This document shows positions 37,634-48,391 of a DNA stretch of 64,000 nt, one piece after another. The DNA comes from Heterodontus francisci. Lineage: Eukaryota. Numbering within the stretch: position 1 is the first letter of the stretch; each line of letters opens with the position of its first letter. The notes under the pieces were generated by a model. It ran no database searches and was not told the origin of the DNA. It saw only the letters and a list, made by a program, of their open reading frames with translations. The position numbers and the translations under genes were made by a program. The stretch covers positions 21,041,846 to 21,105,845 of the forward strand of contig NC_090414.1 in the NCBI RefSeq assembly GCF_036365525.1. Reading direction: 5' to 3'.

Positions 37634-40600
37634 ATGAAGATAACCATAGCCAGCCTCAACATCAACGGCAGCAGGGGGTCTCACCGCAGATTTCACAATC
37701 TCACAGTCCTCAGGGAAGGGAGATACGCGGTGAGCTTTCTGCAGGAAACCCATACCGTTCCGGGAGACGAAGCCACCTGGCTCCAGGAATGGCAGAGTGG
37801 GGTCTACATGAGTCACCTCACCCCTATTTCTAGTGGGGTGGCCCCGACTTTTCAGCCGGAGATCTTGGGGGTCAAGGAGCTAGTGCCGGGCCACTTGCTC
37901 CACCTCGTCGTTCGCCTGGGTAGCGTGCCGCTCCACTTTGTGAACGTGTACACGCCCAGGCCCGGCGCGTTGCGAGCGCGCTTCTTTGAAGAAGTGTCCG
38001 CTCTCTTGAGCTCCATCGATAGCGGCGAGTGCATCATCCTCGGGGGGGATTTTAACTGCACCCTCGAGGTGGGGGATCGCTCCGGTCCCCAGTGCGGCCA
38101 AGCGTCGGTGGAGAAGTTGAGGGAACTGATCAGCTCCCTCAACTTGTTGGACGTCTGGCGGAATCTCCAACCCGACTCCAGCGCCTTCACGTGGAGGTCT
38201 GGAGGAGGAGGGTCCCGAATTGACCACCTTGACATTTTACAGGCGTACGTCTCCCGCAACTCGGCGGCCTCCATGTGGCTGGTGCCGTGCTCGGACCACC
38301 ACCTGGTGTGGGCAGAGTTTAATCCGCTCCGCACGCGGACGGGGTCCGCGTACTGGCACTTTAACAACCGGCTGCTGGAGGATGAGCGATTCCGGGACTC
38401 GTTCTGTCGATTCTGGGCCGACTGGAGAAGGAAGCAGGGGGGGGGCTTCCCCTCCTTGAGGCTGTGGTGGGATGTGGGCAAGACTCACATTGTGGCAGGC
38501 GTACAAAGAGAAGGGCGCGCTGAGGGACCTGCAACTCATAGGGTCCCTAGGCGCGTACGTGAGGTCACGGATCCAGATCCTGGAAGATTTGGACCGCGCC
38601 TCACCCTTCTCGCTGGAAAAATGGAGAGGGGTCCGTAAGGAGCTCATCGAGCTGCTGGCCGAGGACGGATCCTCCATCACGGATCTGGAGGGAATGGGCC
38701 CCCTGGTCCGTACTTATTACAGTGCTTTGTTCTCTCCAGATCCGTCCAGCGAGGATACGCACAGAGTTTTGTGGGAGGACCTGCCGCTTTCAGACTCGGG
38801 CCGCATTTCGTGGCCCGGGTCCGACTTTTATACGCCGCCGCAGAGTGTCTAGTCAAAGTTAACGGGTCCTTGACGGCACCCCTTCAATTTGGGAGAGGAG
38901 TGTGTCAGGGATGCCCCATGTCCGGCCAACTGTACATCATCTGCGTGGAGCCCTTCCTGTGCCTGCTTCGCAGGAGGTTGACAGGATTGGCTCTGCGCGA
39001 GCCAGCCATGCGGGTCGTCCTCTCGGTTTGGGCCGATGACGTGCTCCTCGCGGTCACAGATCCCGTTGACTTGCGGAGGATGCGCGACTGCCAGCAGAAC
39101 TTTTCTGCCACATCCTCCGCGAAGATCAATTGGGAGAAATGTTCCGGTCTCCTGGTGGGTCAGTGGCGGGTGGACTCCCTGCCGGAGGAGATGACACCTT
39201 TTGCGTGGAGCACCACGCACCTCCTCTATTTGGGAGTTCACCTTAGCCCCGCTGAGGAAGCCTGGCTGGTAAACTGGCAGGAGCTGGAGTGAAAGTCACC
39301 GCTCGGCTGGGGCGCTGGACAGGACTACTCCGAGTGCTTTCCTACAGGGGCCGAGTGCTGGTCATAAACCAACTGGTGGCCTTGATGCCGTGGTACTGGT
39401 TGGTCATTTTAGCCCCGCCCCCTGCATTAGCCACCAAGATCCAGAAGAAACTCGTCGATTTCTTCTGGGGCAAGAGGAAACACTGGATCCCTGCTGCGGT
39501 CCTGAGTCTCCCGATTGAGGAGGGCGGCCAGTCGCACCCAGGCTGCGACTCTCCGCCTTCGGACCCTGCAGAGATATCTGTATGTCGAGCGTCCTCCCAA
39601 ATGGTGTGCGCTGGCGACGTATTTTTTCCGCAGTGTCATTGCCTTCAAGACGACACGCAGCTCCCGGCGGAGACCGTTAGCCGCGCCACTCTGAGGGAGT
39701 TGCCTGTCTTTTACCAGGATCTACTTTGAGTCTGGAACATGGTCGCCTCCAGTCAGGGCGCTCCCCCGCTGGCGGAGGAGAGCGCCTCGGCTGTCCGGGC
39801 GGCCAACTCCGGGGACGGACCGGCAGGCGGAGGAATAGCCGAAGCCCCCGGGACGCCCCTCACTGCGGGTGGCGAGGGGGCGCGGGACAGCAGACTGCTC
39901 CTGGCCAAGCTGCTCCCTGCTCGGCCGGAACTGCTGATCGGACCCAGGTCCCGAAACCCTCCTCGGAGCCGGTCCCGCACAACCCGAGCCGCCTCTCAGA
40001 AACGCCCTCCGTGCCATTCCAATCGGCACGGAGGGGTTTCCTGTACGGGCTGGCTGCTCCTGCACACTCTCCACTTCCTCGCCCTCGTCAGCCGACCGGA
40101 CACGCCCTGGTGGTCCGCGTTGCCATCTGGCGGCGAGGGGAAACCCCGATGGAGGTCTCTCTACGCGGGAGTCTTCCCCCTTTACATCGGGGACCTGGGA
40201 TGGAGGGTGTTGCACAGGGCAGCCCCGTGCAATAGACTTTTAAGTAGGTTCACGGACTCCCAGGCCACCTGTACTTTCTGCGGCCTGGATGAGTCCGTGT
40301 TCCATGTAAATATGGAGTGTGCGAGGTTGCAGCCCCTATTTGAGTATTTGAAGGGGCTGCTCCTCAAGTTCTGGCTGCACTTCAGTCCCACGCTCCTGAT
40401 CTTTGGGCACCCGGTGCGATGGGGCGTGGGCCGGGAGGAGGATCTCCTCGTCGGTCTGCTGCCGGGCCTGGCCAAGGTGGCAATTCACAGGTCCAGGTTG
40501 CGGGCTGTCGGGGGGGGGGGTCCGTCCTCCCTGATTGCGCAGTTACGTTTGCCCCGGGTGTCCCTGGAGAAGGAGCATGCGGTGTCCGCTGGTACGCTTG

Positions 40601-40674
40601 AGGCCTTCCGTGACCGGTGGGCACCACAGGGACTGGAGTGCATTGTCGACGCCGAGAATGGCATTTTAATTTGA
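37634..40674 (+). pseudogene. Tx1 ORF2 (APE endonuclease-reverse transcriptase), frameshifted with internal deletions
   Basis: SLNING, FLQETH, GGDFNC, SRID, SDHH (APE); GVCQGCPMSGQLY and WADD (RT); CTFCGLDESVFHVNMEC (zinc finger). N-terminal RT motifs are missing near 38790. Confidence 0.9.
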
Positions 40675-40711
40675 GTTTTTGGTTTATTTATCTGGTTTTA
40701 ATAAAGTTAAA

Positions 40712-41050
40712 GGGCGGCACAGTGGTTAGCACCGCCGCCTCACAGCTCCAGGGACCCGGGTTTAATTCCGGGTACTGCCTGTGTGGAGTTTGCAAGTTCT
40801 CCGTGTCTGCGTGGGTTTCCCTCCGGGTGCTCCGGTTTCCTCCCACAAGCCAAAAGACTTGCAGGTTGGTAGGTAAATTGGCCATTATAAATTGCCCCTA
40901 GTTTAGGTAGGTGGTAGGGAAATATAGGGACCAGTGGGGATGTGGTAAGAATATGGGATTAGTGTAGGATTAGTATAAATGGGTGGTTGATGGTCGGCAC
41001 AGACTCGGTGGGCCGAAGGGCCTGTTTCAGTGCTGTATCTCTGAACTAAA
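40712..41050 (+). mobile_element. HE1-like tRNA-derived V-SINE nested in the Tx1 3' UTR
   Basis: gggcggcacagtggttagcacc...gggacccgggtttaattcc (A/B boxes), V-domain gtgtggagtttgca...gtgtctgcgtgggtttcc...ggtttcctcccaca, tail gggccgaagggcctgtttcagtgctgtatctct. Confidence 0.85.
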
Positions 41051-41698
41051 AAATTATTTTAAAAAATATGTATATAAAGGGGGCCTGAGGAATAAAGGCC
41101 CCCTCGACATGAAACATATAAAAGGGGCCTGGGGTATAAAGGCCACCTTTAAATAAAAAAAGGGGTTAGACACAGAGGAAAGCCTCCATTCTTCCAACTG
41201 ACTTTTACAGAGACAATGCACAAAACACAAAACAGTTGATAATACAGGAAATACATTTATTAGATAAATGAATACAAGGCTATATAAAACAGTAATACTT
41301 AGTGCTTGACTGAGCAAGTACCAGTGGACTACCCATTCCACAGCAGAGGGAGCAGGGTTTAACCAAGGCTGATTGATTCTCTGACAGACAGCACTGAAGT
41401 AGCTGCAAGTGGTTAAAAATTCCTACTGGTTATTGTGTGTGTGTTAGGTGCAGCAGATCGTGTGCTTTGGTGAAGCAGCTGGCTAGGCCTTGGGACTGTC
41501 CATCTTCTCAACGTGTGAGCGGTCCAGTTTGGGTTAAGGTGACTGCAAGCACACAGCGACGTCGGGACAGGAGTGCCACACCAAGCTCTTCACCCCCTCG
41601 GATATGAAATGGTGATTATTATTGCACTAGAGAAGCGTGGGACCCAGCTGCTGGCACTTGCCTGGGCAGGGGGCGTGACGGACGCTGGCTTGGTGGAG

Positions 41699-44600
41699 TT
41701 ACTCTTGCTGGATGCGCCGGCATTTCTGTTTCTCCACGGTCATTGGGCCAACCCATGGCTGGTCCCAGATCTTGAAGCTGCAGATGACATGCTAACGGAA
41801 CATACATCAACATTAGTATCAGGCTGCAGACGCTCAACCCAAACACGACCGAGTACCCAATACCATGTCACCCAACAGCTGATACCCACCGCCGCCCTCC
41901 CCTGTTTCTCTTACCTTGGAATACTGCGGGTGCTGGTGGAAGGCACACTGGTTGAGCTTGACATTCTGTCCCCTGGTCTTCCTGCAGGTGGTCGTTGCCA
42001 GCTCCAACTTCAGATGGTACATTAAGCCCGCCACCACCTGAGAGAAAGAGGGCACCCACCAACTTTCAGTGGCAGAGACAAGGCGAAGCAGTAACTACCA
42101 ATGCCCTCCCCAATCCCGAAACTAACTTAAGGAGGCATGCAGTGAAATCCTTGTGCATGGTTGTGGCCCAATTCCCCACCCCCTTCATGTGGCTACAATT
42201 GGCCTCAGGGTCCCTACATGAGGGGAGGGGAGGGACAAATCCTGCTTCTAATCACTATCCAGCCACTTCTGATGAAAACTTCATGTACAGAACTGCCCTT
42301 CAAATATTTCTTTTTTGGAGGGGGAGGGGGGGGGGCGTGGTGTACGATGCTGGATTTAAATGTCCCACTGTATGTCAACATTTCCCATGCAATTTTGCTA
42401 TGTAAACTGTCACAGTGTAGTTATGGGCTCTGGCCACCTGGTGGCACTGTGGAGTGAGCAACTGAAGTCTCCCTCCCAAATTTGTCATGTTACAAATTAA
42501 CGTTACCCCACCTTCACCTGACACTGGGCTATTCGACAGCGTAGAAGACTATAAACATAAACTATGCTGTTACACTGGACATACAGAATATGAAAATATT
42601 TGCTCCTGACAAGGCACTTAAACAGAACGATTAAAACTGCATCTTTCTGTATCCACCGTTCACCAATCCATCCCAATGGAATATTAACATAAACAGCCCT
42701 CAACCTATCAGAATTCATTGCTTCCTGATGCTGCATCCCTCACCCGGACCTCGTTATCTCCCTCTCCCCAACATCTACCCAGTCATTCCCAAGACCTCGA
42801 AACCCTCCCTCCATTCCTTTGTTCCATCCTCTCTTTTCCCCTCCACCCCTAACACTTCCCATTTCCTCTTCCCTTCCCAACCCCACCTCCCCTCCTTATC
42901 CCTCTTCCAAAAGCTCTCCACCTCCCTCCTTCAACACCCTCCAAACCTTCTCTACAAACTGCTCCCCCCGTTTTCTCTCTCACCTCTTCTAACAGCCCCC
43001 AGCTCACTTCCCTTCACCCCCACTCCTCCTCCCTTCCCTCATCCCACCTCCCTGTACCCCTCCAAAACATCCTTCCTCCCCCTCCCTCCCCCCTTCCGCT
43101 TTTCTTTTCCCTCACTCCCCTCCTTGTCCCCTCCCCCCTCTCTCCCTCTTGTCTTTCCCCTCGCTGCCCCTCTCCCCCATCCTCTAATTCCCCCGCTCCC
43201 TTCCCTGCCCCTCCCCATCTCTCCCTCTTTTCTTTCCCCACTCCCCATCCCCTCCCCATCTCTCCCTCTTTTTCCCCCCACCATCTCTCCCTCTTTTCTT
43301 TCCCCTCACTCCCCCCCTCCCTCTTTTCTTTCCCCGCCCACTCCCCCCTCCCCATCTCTCCCTCTTTTCTTTCCCCTCACTCCCCCTCCCCATCTCTCCT
43401 TCTTTTCTTTCCCCTCACTCACCCATCCCCATCTCTCCCTCTTTTCTTTCCCCTCACTCCCCCCCCTCCCCATCTCTCCCTCTTTCTTTCCCCTCACTCC
43501 CCCCCCTCCCCATCTCTCCCTCTTTTCTTTCCCCTCACTCCCCCCCTCCCCATCTCTCCCTTTTCTTTCCCCTAACTCCCCCTCCCTCTTTTCTTTCCCC
43601 TCACTCCCCCCCTCCCCATCTCTCCCTCTTTTCTTTCCCCTCACTCCCCCCCTCCCCATCTCTCCCTTTTCTTTCCCCTAACTCCCCCTCCCTCTTTTCT
43701 TTCCCCACTCCCCTCTCCCTTTTTTCTTTCCCCTCACTCCCCCCTCCCTTTTTCTTTCCCCTCACTCCCCCCTCCCAATCTCTCCCTTTGTTCCTTCCCC
43801 ACTCCGCCCCTCCCTTTTTTCTTTCCCCTCACTCCCCCTCCCCATCTCTCCCTTCGTTCCTTCCCCACTCCCCCCCTCCCTTTTTTCTTTCCCCTCACTC
43901 CCCCTTCCCCATCTCTCCCTTCGTTCCTTCCCCACTCCCCCCCTCAGTTTTTTCTTTCCCCTCACTCCCCCCTCCCCATCTCTCCCCTTTTCCTTCCCCA
44001 CTCCCCCCTCCATTTTTTCTTTCCCCTCACTCCCCCCTCCCCATCTCTCCCTTTTTTCCTTCCCCTCACTCCCCCCTCCCCATCTCTCCCTTTTTTCCTT
44101 CCCCACTCCCCCCTCCCTTTTTTCTTTCCCCTCACTCCCCCCTCCCCATCTCTCCCTTTTTTCCTTCCCCACTCCCCCCCTCCTTTTTCTTTCCCCTCAC
44201 TCCCCCCTCCCCATCTCTCCCTCTTTTCTTTCCCCTCACCCCCCATCCCCATCTCTCCCTCTTTTCTTTCCCCTCACTCCCCCCCCATCTCTCCCTCTTT
44301 TCTTTCCCCTCACTCCCCCCCTCCCCATCTCTCCCTTTTCTTTCCCCTAACTCCCCCTCCCTCTTTTCTTTCCCCTCACTCCCCTCTCCCTTTTTTCTTT
44401 CCCCTCACTCCCCTCTCCCTTTTTTCTTTCCCCTCACTCCCCCTCCCTTTTTTCTTTCCCCTCACTCCCCCCTCCCCATCTCTCCCTTTGTTCCTTCCCC
44501 ACTCCGCCCCTCCCTCTTTTCTTTCCCCTCACTCCCCCCCTCCCCATCTCTCCCTCTTTTCTTTCCCCTCACTCCCTCTCCCTTTTTTCTTTCCCCTCAA

Positions 44601-46526
44601 TCCCCCTCCCTTTTTTCTTTCCCCTCACTCTCCCCTCCCCATCTCTCCCTTCGTTCCTTCCCCACTCCGCCCCTCCCTTTTTTCTTTCCCCTCACTCCCC
44701 CCTCCCCATCTCTCCCTTCGTTCCTTCCCCACTCCCCCCTCCCTTTTTTCTTTCCCCTCACTCCCCCCTCCCCATCTCTCCCTTTTTTCCTTCCCCACTT
44801 CCCCCTCCCTTTTTTCTTTCCCCTCACTCCCCCCTCCCCATCTCTCCCTTTGTTCCTTCCCCACTCCCCCCCTCCCTTTTTTCTTTCCCCTCACTCCCCC
44901 CTCCCCATCTCTCCCTTCGTTCCTTCCCCACTCCCCCATCCCTTTTTTCTTTCCCCTCACTCCCCCCTCCCCATCCCTCCCTTTTTTCCTTCCCCACTCC
45001 CCCCTCCCTTTTTTCCTTCCCCACTCCCTTTTTTCTTTCCCCTCACTCCCCCCTCCCCATCTCTCCCTTCGTTCCTTCCCCACTCCCCCCTCCCTTTTTT
45101 CTTTCCCCTCACTCCCCCCTCCCCATCTCTCCCTTCGTTCCTTCCCCACTCCCCCCTCCCTTTTTTCTTTCCCCTCACTCCCCCCTCCCCATCTCTCCCT
45201 TCGTTCCTTCCCCACTCCCCCCTCCCTTTTTTCTTTCCCCTCACTCCCCCCTCCCCATCTCTCCTTTTTTTCCTTCCCCACTCCCCCCTCCCTTTTTTCT
45301 TTCCCCTCACTCCCCCCTCCCCATCTCTCCCTTTTTTCCTTCCCCACTCCCCCCTCCCTTTTTTCTTTCCCCACTCCCCCCTCCCTTTTTTCTTTCCCCT
45401 CACTCACCCCTCCCCATCTCTCCCTTTTTTCCTTCCCCTCACTCCCCCCTCCTCCCTCTTTTCCTTCCCCTCACTCCCCCCTCCTCCCTCTTTTCTTTCC
45501 CCTCACTCCCCCCTCTTTTCTTTCCCCTCACTCCCCCCTCCTCCCTCTTTTCCTTCCCCTCACTCCCCCCTCCTCTCCCTCTTTTCTTTCCCCTCACTCC
45601 CCCCTCTTTTCTTTCCCCTCACTCCCCCCTCTTTTCTTTCCCCTCACTCCCCCCTCCTCCCTCTTTTCCTTCCCCTCACTCCCCCCTCCTCTCCCTCTTT
45701 TCCTTCCCCTCACTCCCCCCTCCTCCCTCTTTTCTTTCCCCTCACTCCCCCCTCCTCCCTCTTTTCTTTCCCCTCACTCCCCCCTCCTCCCTCTTTTCTT
45801 TCCCCTCACTCCCCCCTCCTCCCTCTTTTCTTTCCCCTCACTCCCCCCTCCTCCCTCTTTTCTTTCCCCTCACTCCCCCCTCCTCCCTCTTTTCTTTCCC
45901 CTCACTCCCCCCTCCTCCCTCTTTTCTTTCCCCTCACTCCCCCCTCCTCTCCCTCTTTTCTTTCCCCTCACTCCCCCCTCCTCCCTCTTTTCTTTCCCCT
46001 CACTCCCCCCTCCTCCCTCTTTTCTTTCCCCTCACTCCCCCTCCTCCCTCTTTTCTTTCCCCTCACTCCCCCCTCCTCCCTCTTTTCTTTCCCCTCACTC
46101 CCCCCTCCTCCCTCTTTTCTTTCCCCTCACTCCCCCCTCCTCCCTCTTTTCTTTCCCCTCACTCCCCCCTCCTCTCCCTCTTTTCTTTCCCCTCACTCCC
46201 CCCTCCTCCCTCTTTTCTTTCCCCTCACTCCCCCCTCCTCTCCCTCTTTTCTTTCCCCTCACTCCCTCCTCCTCGCACCTGCTGGCTGGCGGACAGCACC
46301 CTCCGCACTTTGCTGTAATAAACATCGTTGGACTGGCGGTTGAAGGCCTTGACGGCCACGGAGGCCGCACTCAGCACCGCCGGATCCTGGACAGGCAGGG
46401 GCGAGAGGCCGCCGGGCATAACGGCCTGGCCGGGCATGCTGGGGTCGCTTTCGCCGCCGGCCGGGAGCAGGAGCAACAACACGGCGGCGCCCAGCAACTT
46501 GGCCCAACTCTCACCGCAGCCGCCAT
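41699..46526 (-). CDS. Type 2 cystatin, probably cystatin E/M (CST6) ortholog; start codon ambiguous
   Basis: Exon 1 ~46526-46279 (signal [18 protein letters not shown]; [15 protein letters not shown]...[22 protein letters not shown]), exon 2 42037-41915 ([20 protein letters not shown]...[11 protein letters not shown]), exon 3 41791-41699 ([30 protein letters not shown]). G, QVVAG and PW motifs, four Cys, three-exon layout; AATAAA (minus) at 41256-41261; CST6 neighbours BANF1 in human. Confidence 0.88.
42740..46272. repeat. Polypyrimidine/polypurine minisatellite in cystatin intron 1
   Basis: Almost G-free plus strand; units such as cttttctttcccctcactcccccctcctccct (32 bp) and longer composite units. 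Confidence 0.95.
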
Positions 46527-46605
46527 CTTCAATACGCAGCCGGAATTCCACTTCCGCCCGCACTGGAGTCACATCCGCCCCGCTGCCGCTGATCCGCCAT
46601 CTTTG
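46520..46605 (-). promoter_or_regulatory. Promoter elements of the cystatin gene
   Basis: Two YY1 consensus motifs (cgccatctt at ~46521 and ~46596), ETS cttccg at 46551, GC box ccgccc; CpG-rich. Confidence 0.55.
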
Positions 46606-48287
46606 TGAGGGCAAACCGGCCAACACCATAGAAGCCACCCCAGCTAGTGCAGACACTAGCAGCGACTTGTTGGACCGAATGGCCTGTTTCCATACTGTAA
46701 AACGCTGGGTAATTCGATGTAAATCAGGGAAGGCAGGCTGCAGGGCCGAGGCCTTCTGCCATGTATTTTCATTCTGGCTCCAGGGCTGAGGGACTTGGGA
46801 GAGACTGGGAGAAGCTGGGATTGAGCAGAGAAGGTTAAGAGGAGATTTAATAGAGGCGTTCAAAATCATGAAGGGTTTCGAGAGAGTAAATAAGGAGAAA
46901 CTGTTCCCCGTGGCAGGAAGGCTGGTAACCAGAGGGACACAGATTTAAGATAATTGGACAGAGGGGGGGGGGGGGAGAGGAGGAGATTCACCATGAATGA
47001 GAGATGCTGTGGGGCACACGCTCAGTCCAAGAGGGGCAACCGACATCAGAAATAAACCCCAACTGTCAGCATGATCATGGTTCAGTCCTGAATGTGATTA
47101 ACAGCAACAAGTCGAATCCAACCCTTGTAATCACCTGTGACCTCGCTGGTGTCTCAGCAGGTCGGATAACTGAGTGAATCCCTTGAAGTGGGCTGTTGTG
47201 ATCTGGAATGCGCTGCCTGACCGGAGAGTGGAAGCATTCGGCGCCTCTCAAAAGGCAACTGGATAAATACTTGAAAAGTAAAAAACAACTGCAGGGTTAT
47301 GGGGAAAGAGCGGGGCGGGTTTGGGAAACGATTTTGGAATCATCTTTCAAAGAGCCGACACAATGGGCCAAATAGCGGCCTCCTGTCCGGTACAGTTCTG
47401 TGACACCGAGGAGGACTCGCTTAATCTTCTAATAGTTGGCCGTGGGATCCTTTATGCCCACCGGATGTGCAGTTATCCAACTTTGGGATAACTTTCGCAG
47501 TTTCTTGCATGCTGGGAGCAGGGAGCACCCTCAGCTGAACGCCGACTACCCTACCCTACACGACAGTAATAAAACCAGCTCTCCCAGTGGTCAGTAAAGC
47601 ACGAGTCATTGGAAAACTTCCCCTAAAAATGTCTTTATTCAGAGTGAGATGGTCAATCACGCTCCCCCCCCCCCCCCACCACCACCGAATACATTCTCCC
47701 GTCTCCACATGCCACCGAGTCTCATTAACAGCAGCAGAGGGGGGAGGGGAAAGCAACAACGGAGAAGACTGGCATCTTCCTAGATTATTATCTACACAGA
47801 TTTCAACACACACGACGATTCTCCCGGCCAGTACAGGCGAGGCTCCCTCCGCCGACTCGAAACCGAAAATTCTGGCAAGACGAGAGCGCGGAATTCTTTC
47901 CCGAAAAAAATTGTGGGTTTTTTCTCAAATTTTATTTCACATTTTACTAAAAGTAAAAATTTAAAATAATGCCAAGTGGGTCAGCCACTGGTGACTTCTG
48001 CACAAGTGCATGGCCCACCTCACTCATCTTTGCCATCCTTTCTCTCTCTCTCTCTCATTCTCTCTCCATCCACTTATTTTTTGGAAGGGAGGGGTATCAG
48101 AGGGCTGTGTTTTTGGAAGGGGGGGGGAATTCCGTGCACAGAGTAAACACCGCGAGGGGATAAAATAGTTTAAGAACTGCAACTCAAGACGCAGTAAATA
48201 AAACAACCCGAGAGGAAGCTAAACCCCAGAGGAACAAATATGAAAAAAAATACATCTGGAAAGAAGAAACAGACGCGCTCACAAACA

Positions 48288-48290
<3 letters not shown>

Positions 48291-48321
<31 letters not shown>
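48291..48321. repeat. (CA)n microsatellite in DRAP1 3' UTR
   Basis: About 15 CA units. Confidence 0.9.
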
Positions 48322-48324
<3 letters not shown>

Positions 48325-48391
48325 ACACAAACAGAATAAAACCCCCGCTCCAATCTCCCCACTTCATCCAAAACATAAATGAAACCCAAAG

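Larger units (their letters stand above)
34957..41161 (+). mobile_element. Tx1-clade non-LTR retrotransposon, full length but decayed
   Basis: ORF1 from 35623 (AIVAASKMYGKAVFFL, LSNVPPFI, HVYSFRRQLF) to ~37565 with frameshifts; ORF2 37634-40674 with APE endonuclease, partial RT and C-terminal CCHC; 3' UTR ending in an A tail at 41155-41161. Confidence 0.92.

Noticed and set aside
40712-40790. tRNA gene
   Set aside because: A/B boxes belong to the SINE head; no complete cloverleaf.
42728-46608. 851-aa and 706-aa Pro/Phe/Ser ORFs
   Set aside because: Low-complexity pyrimidine tract that cannot readily form stop codons; antisense to the cystatin intron.
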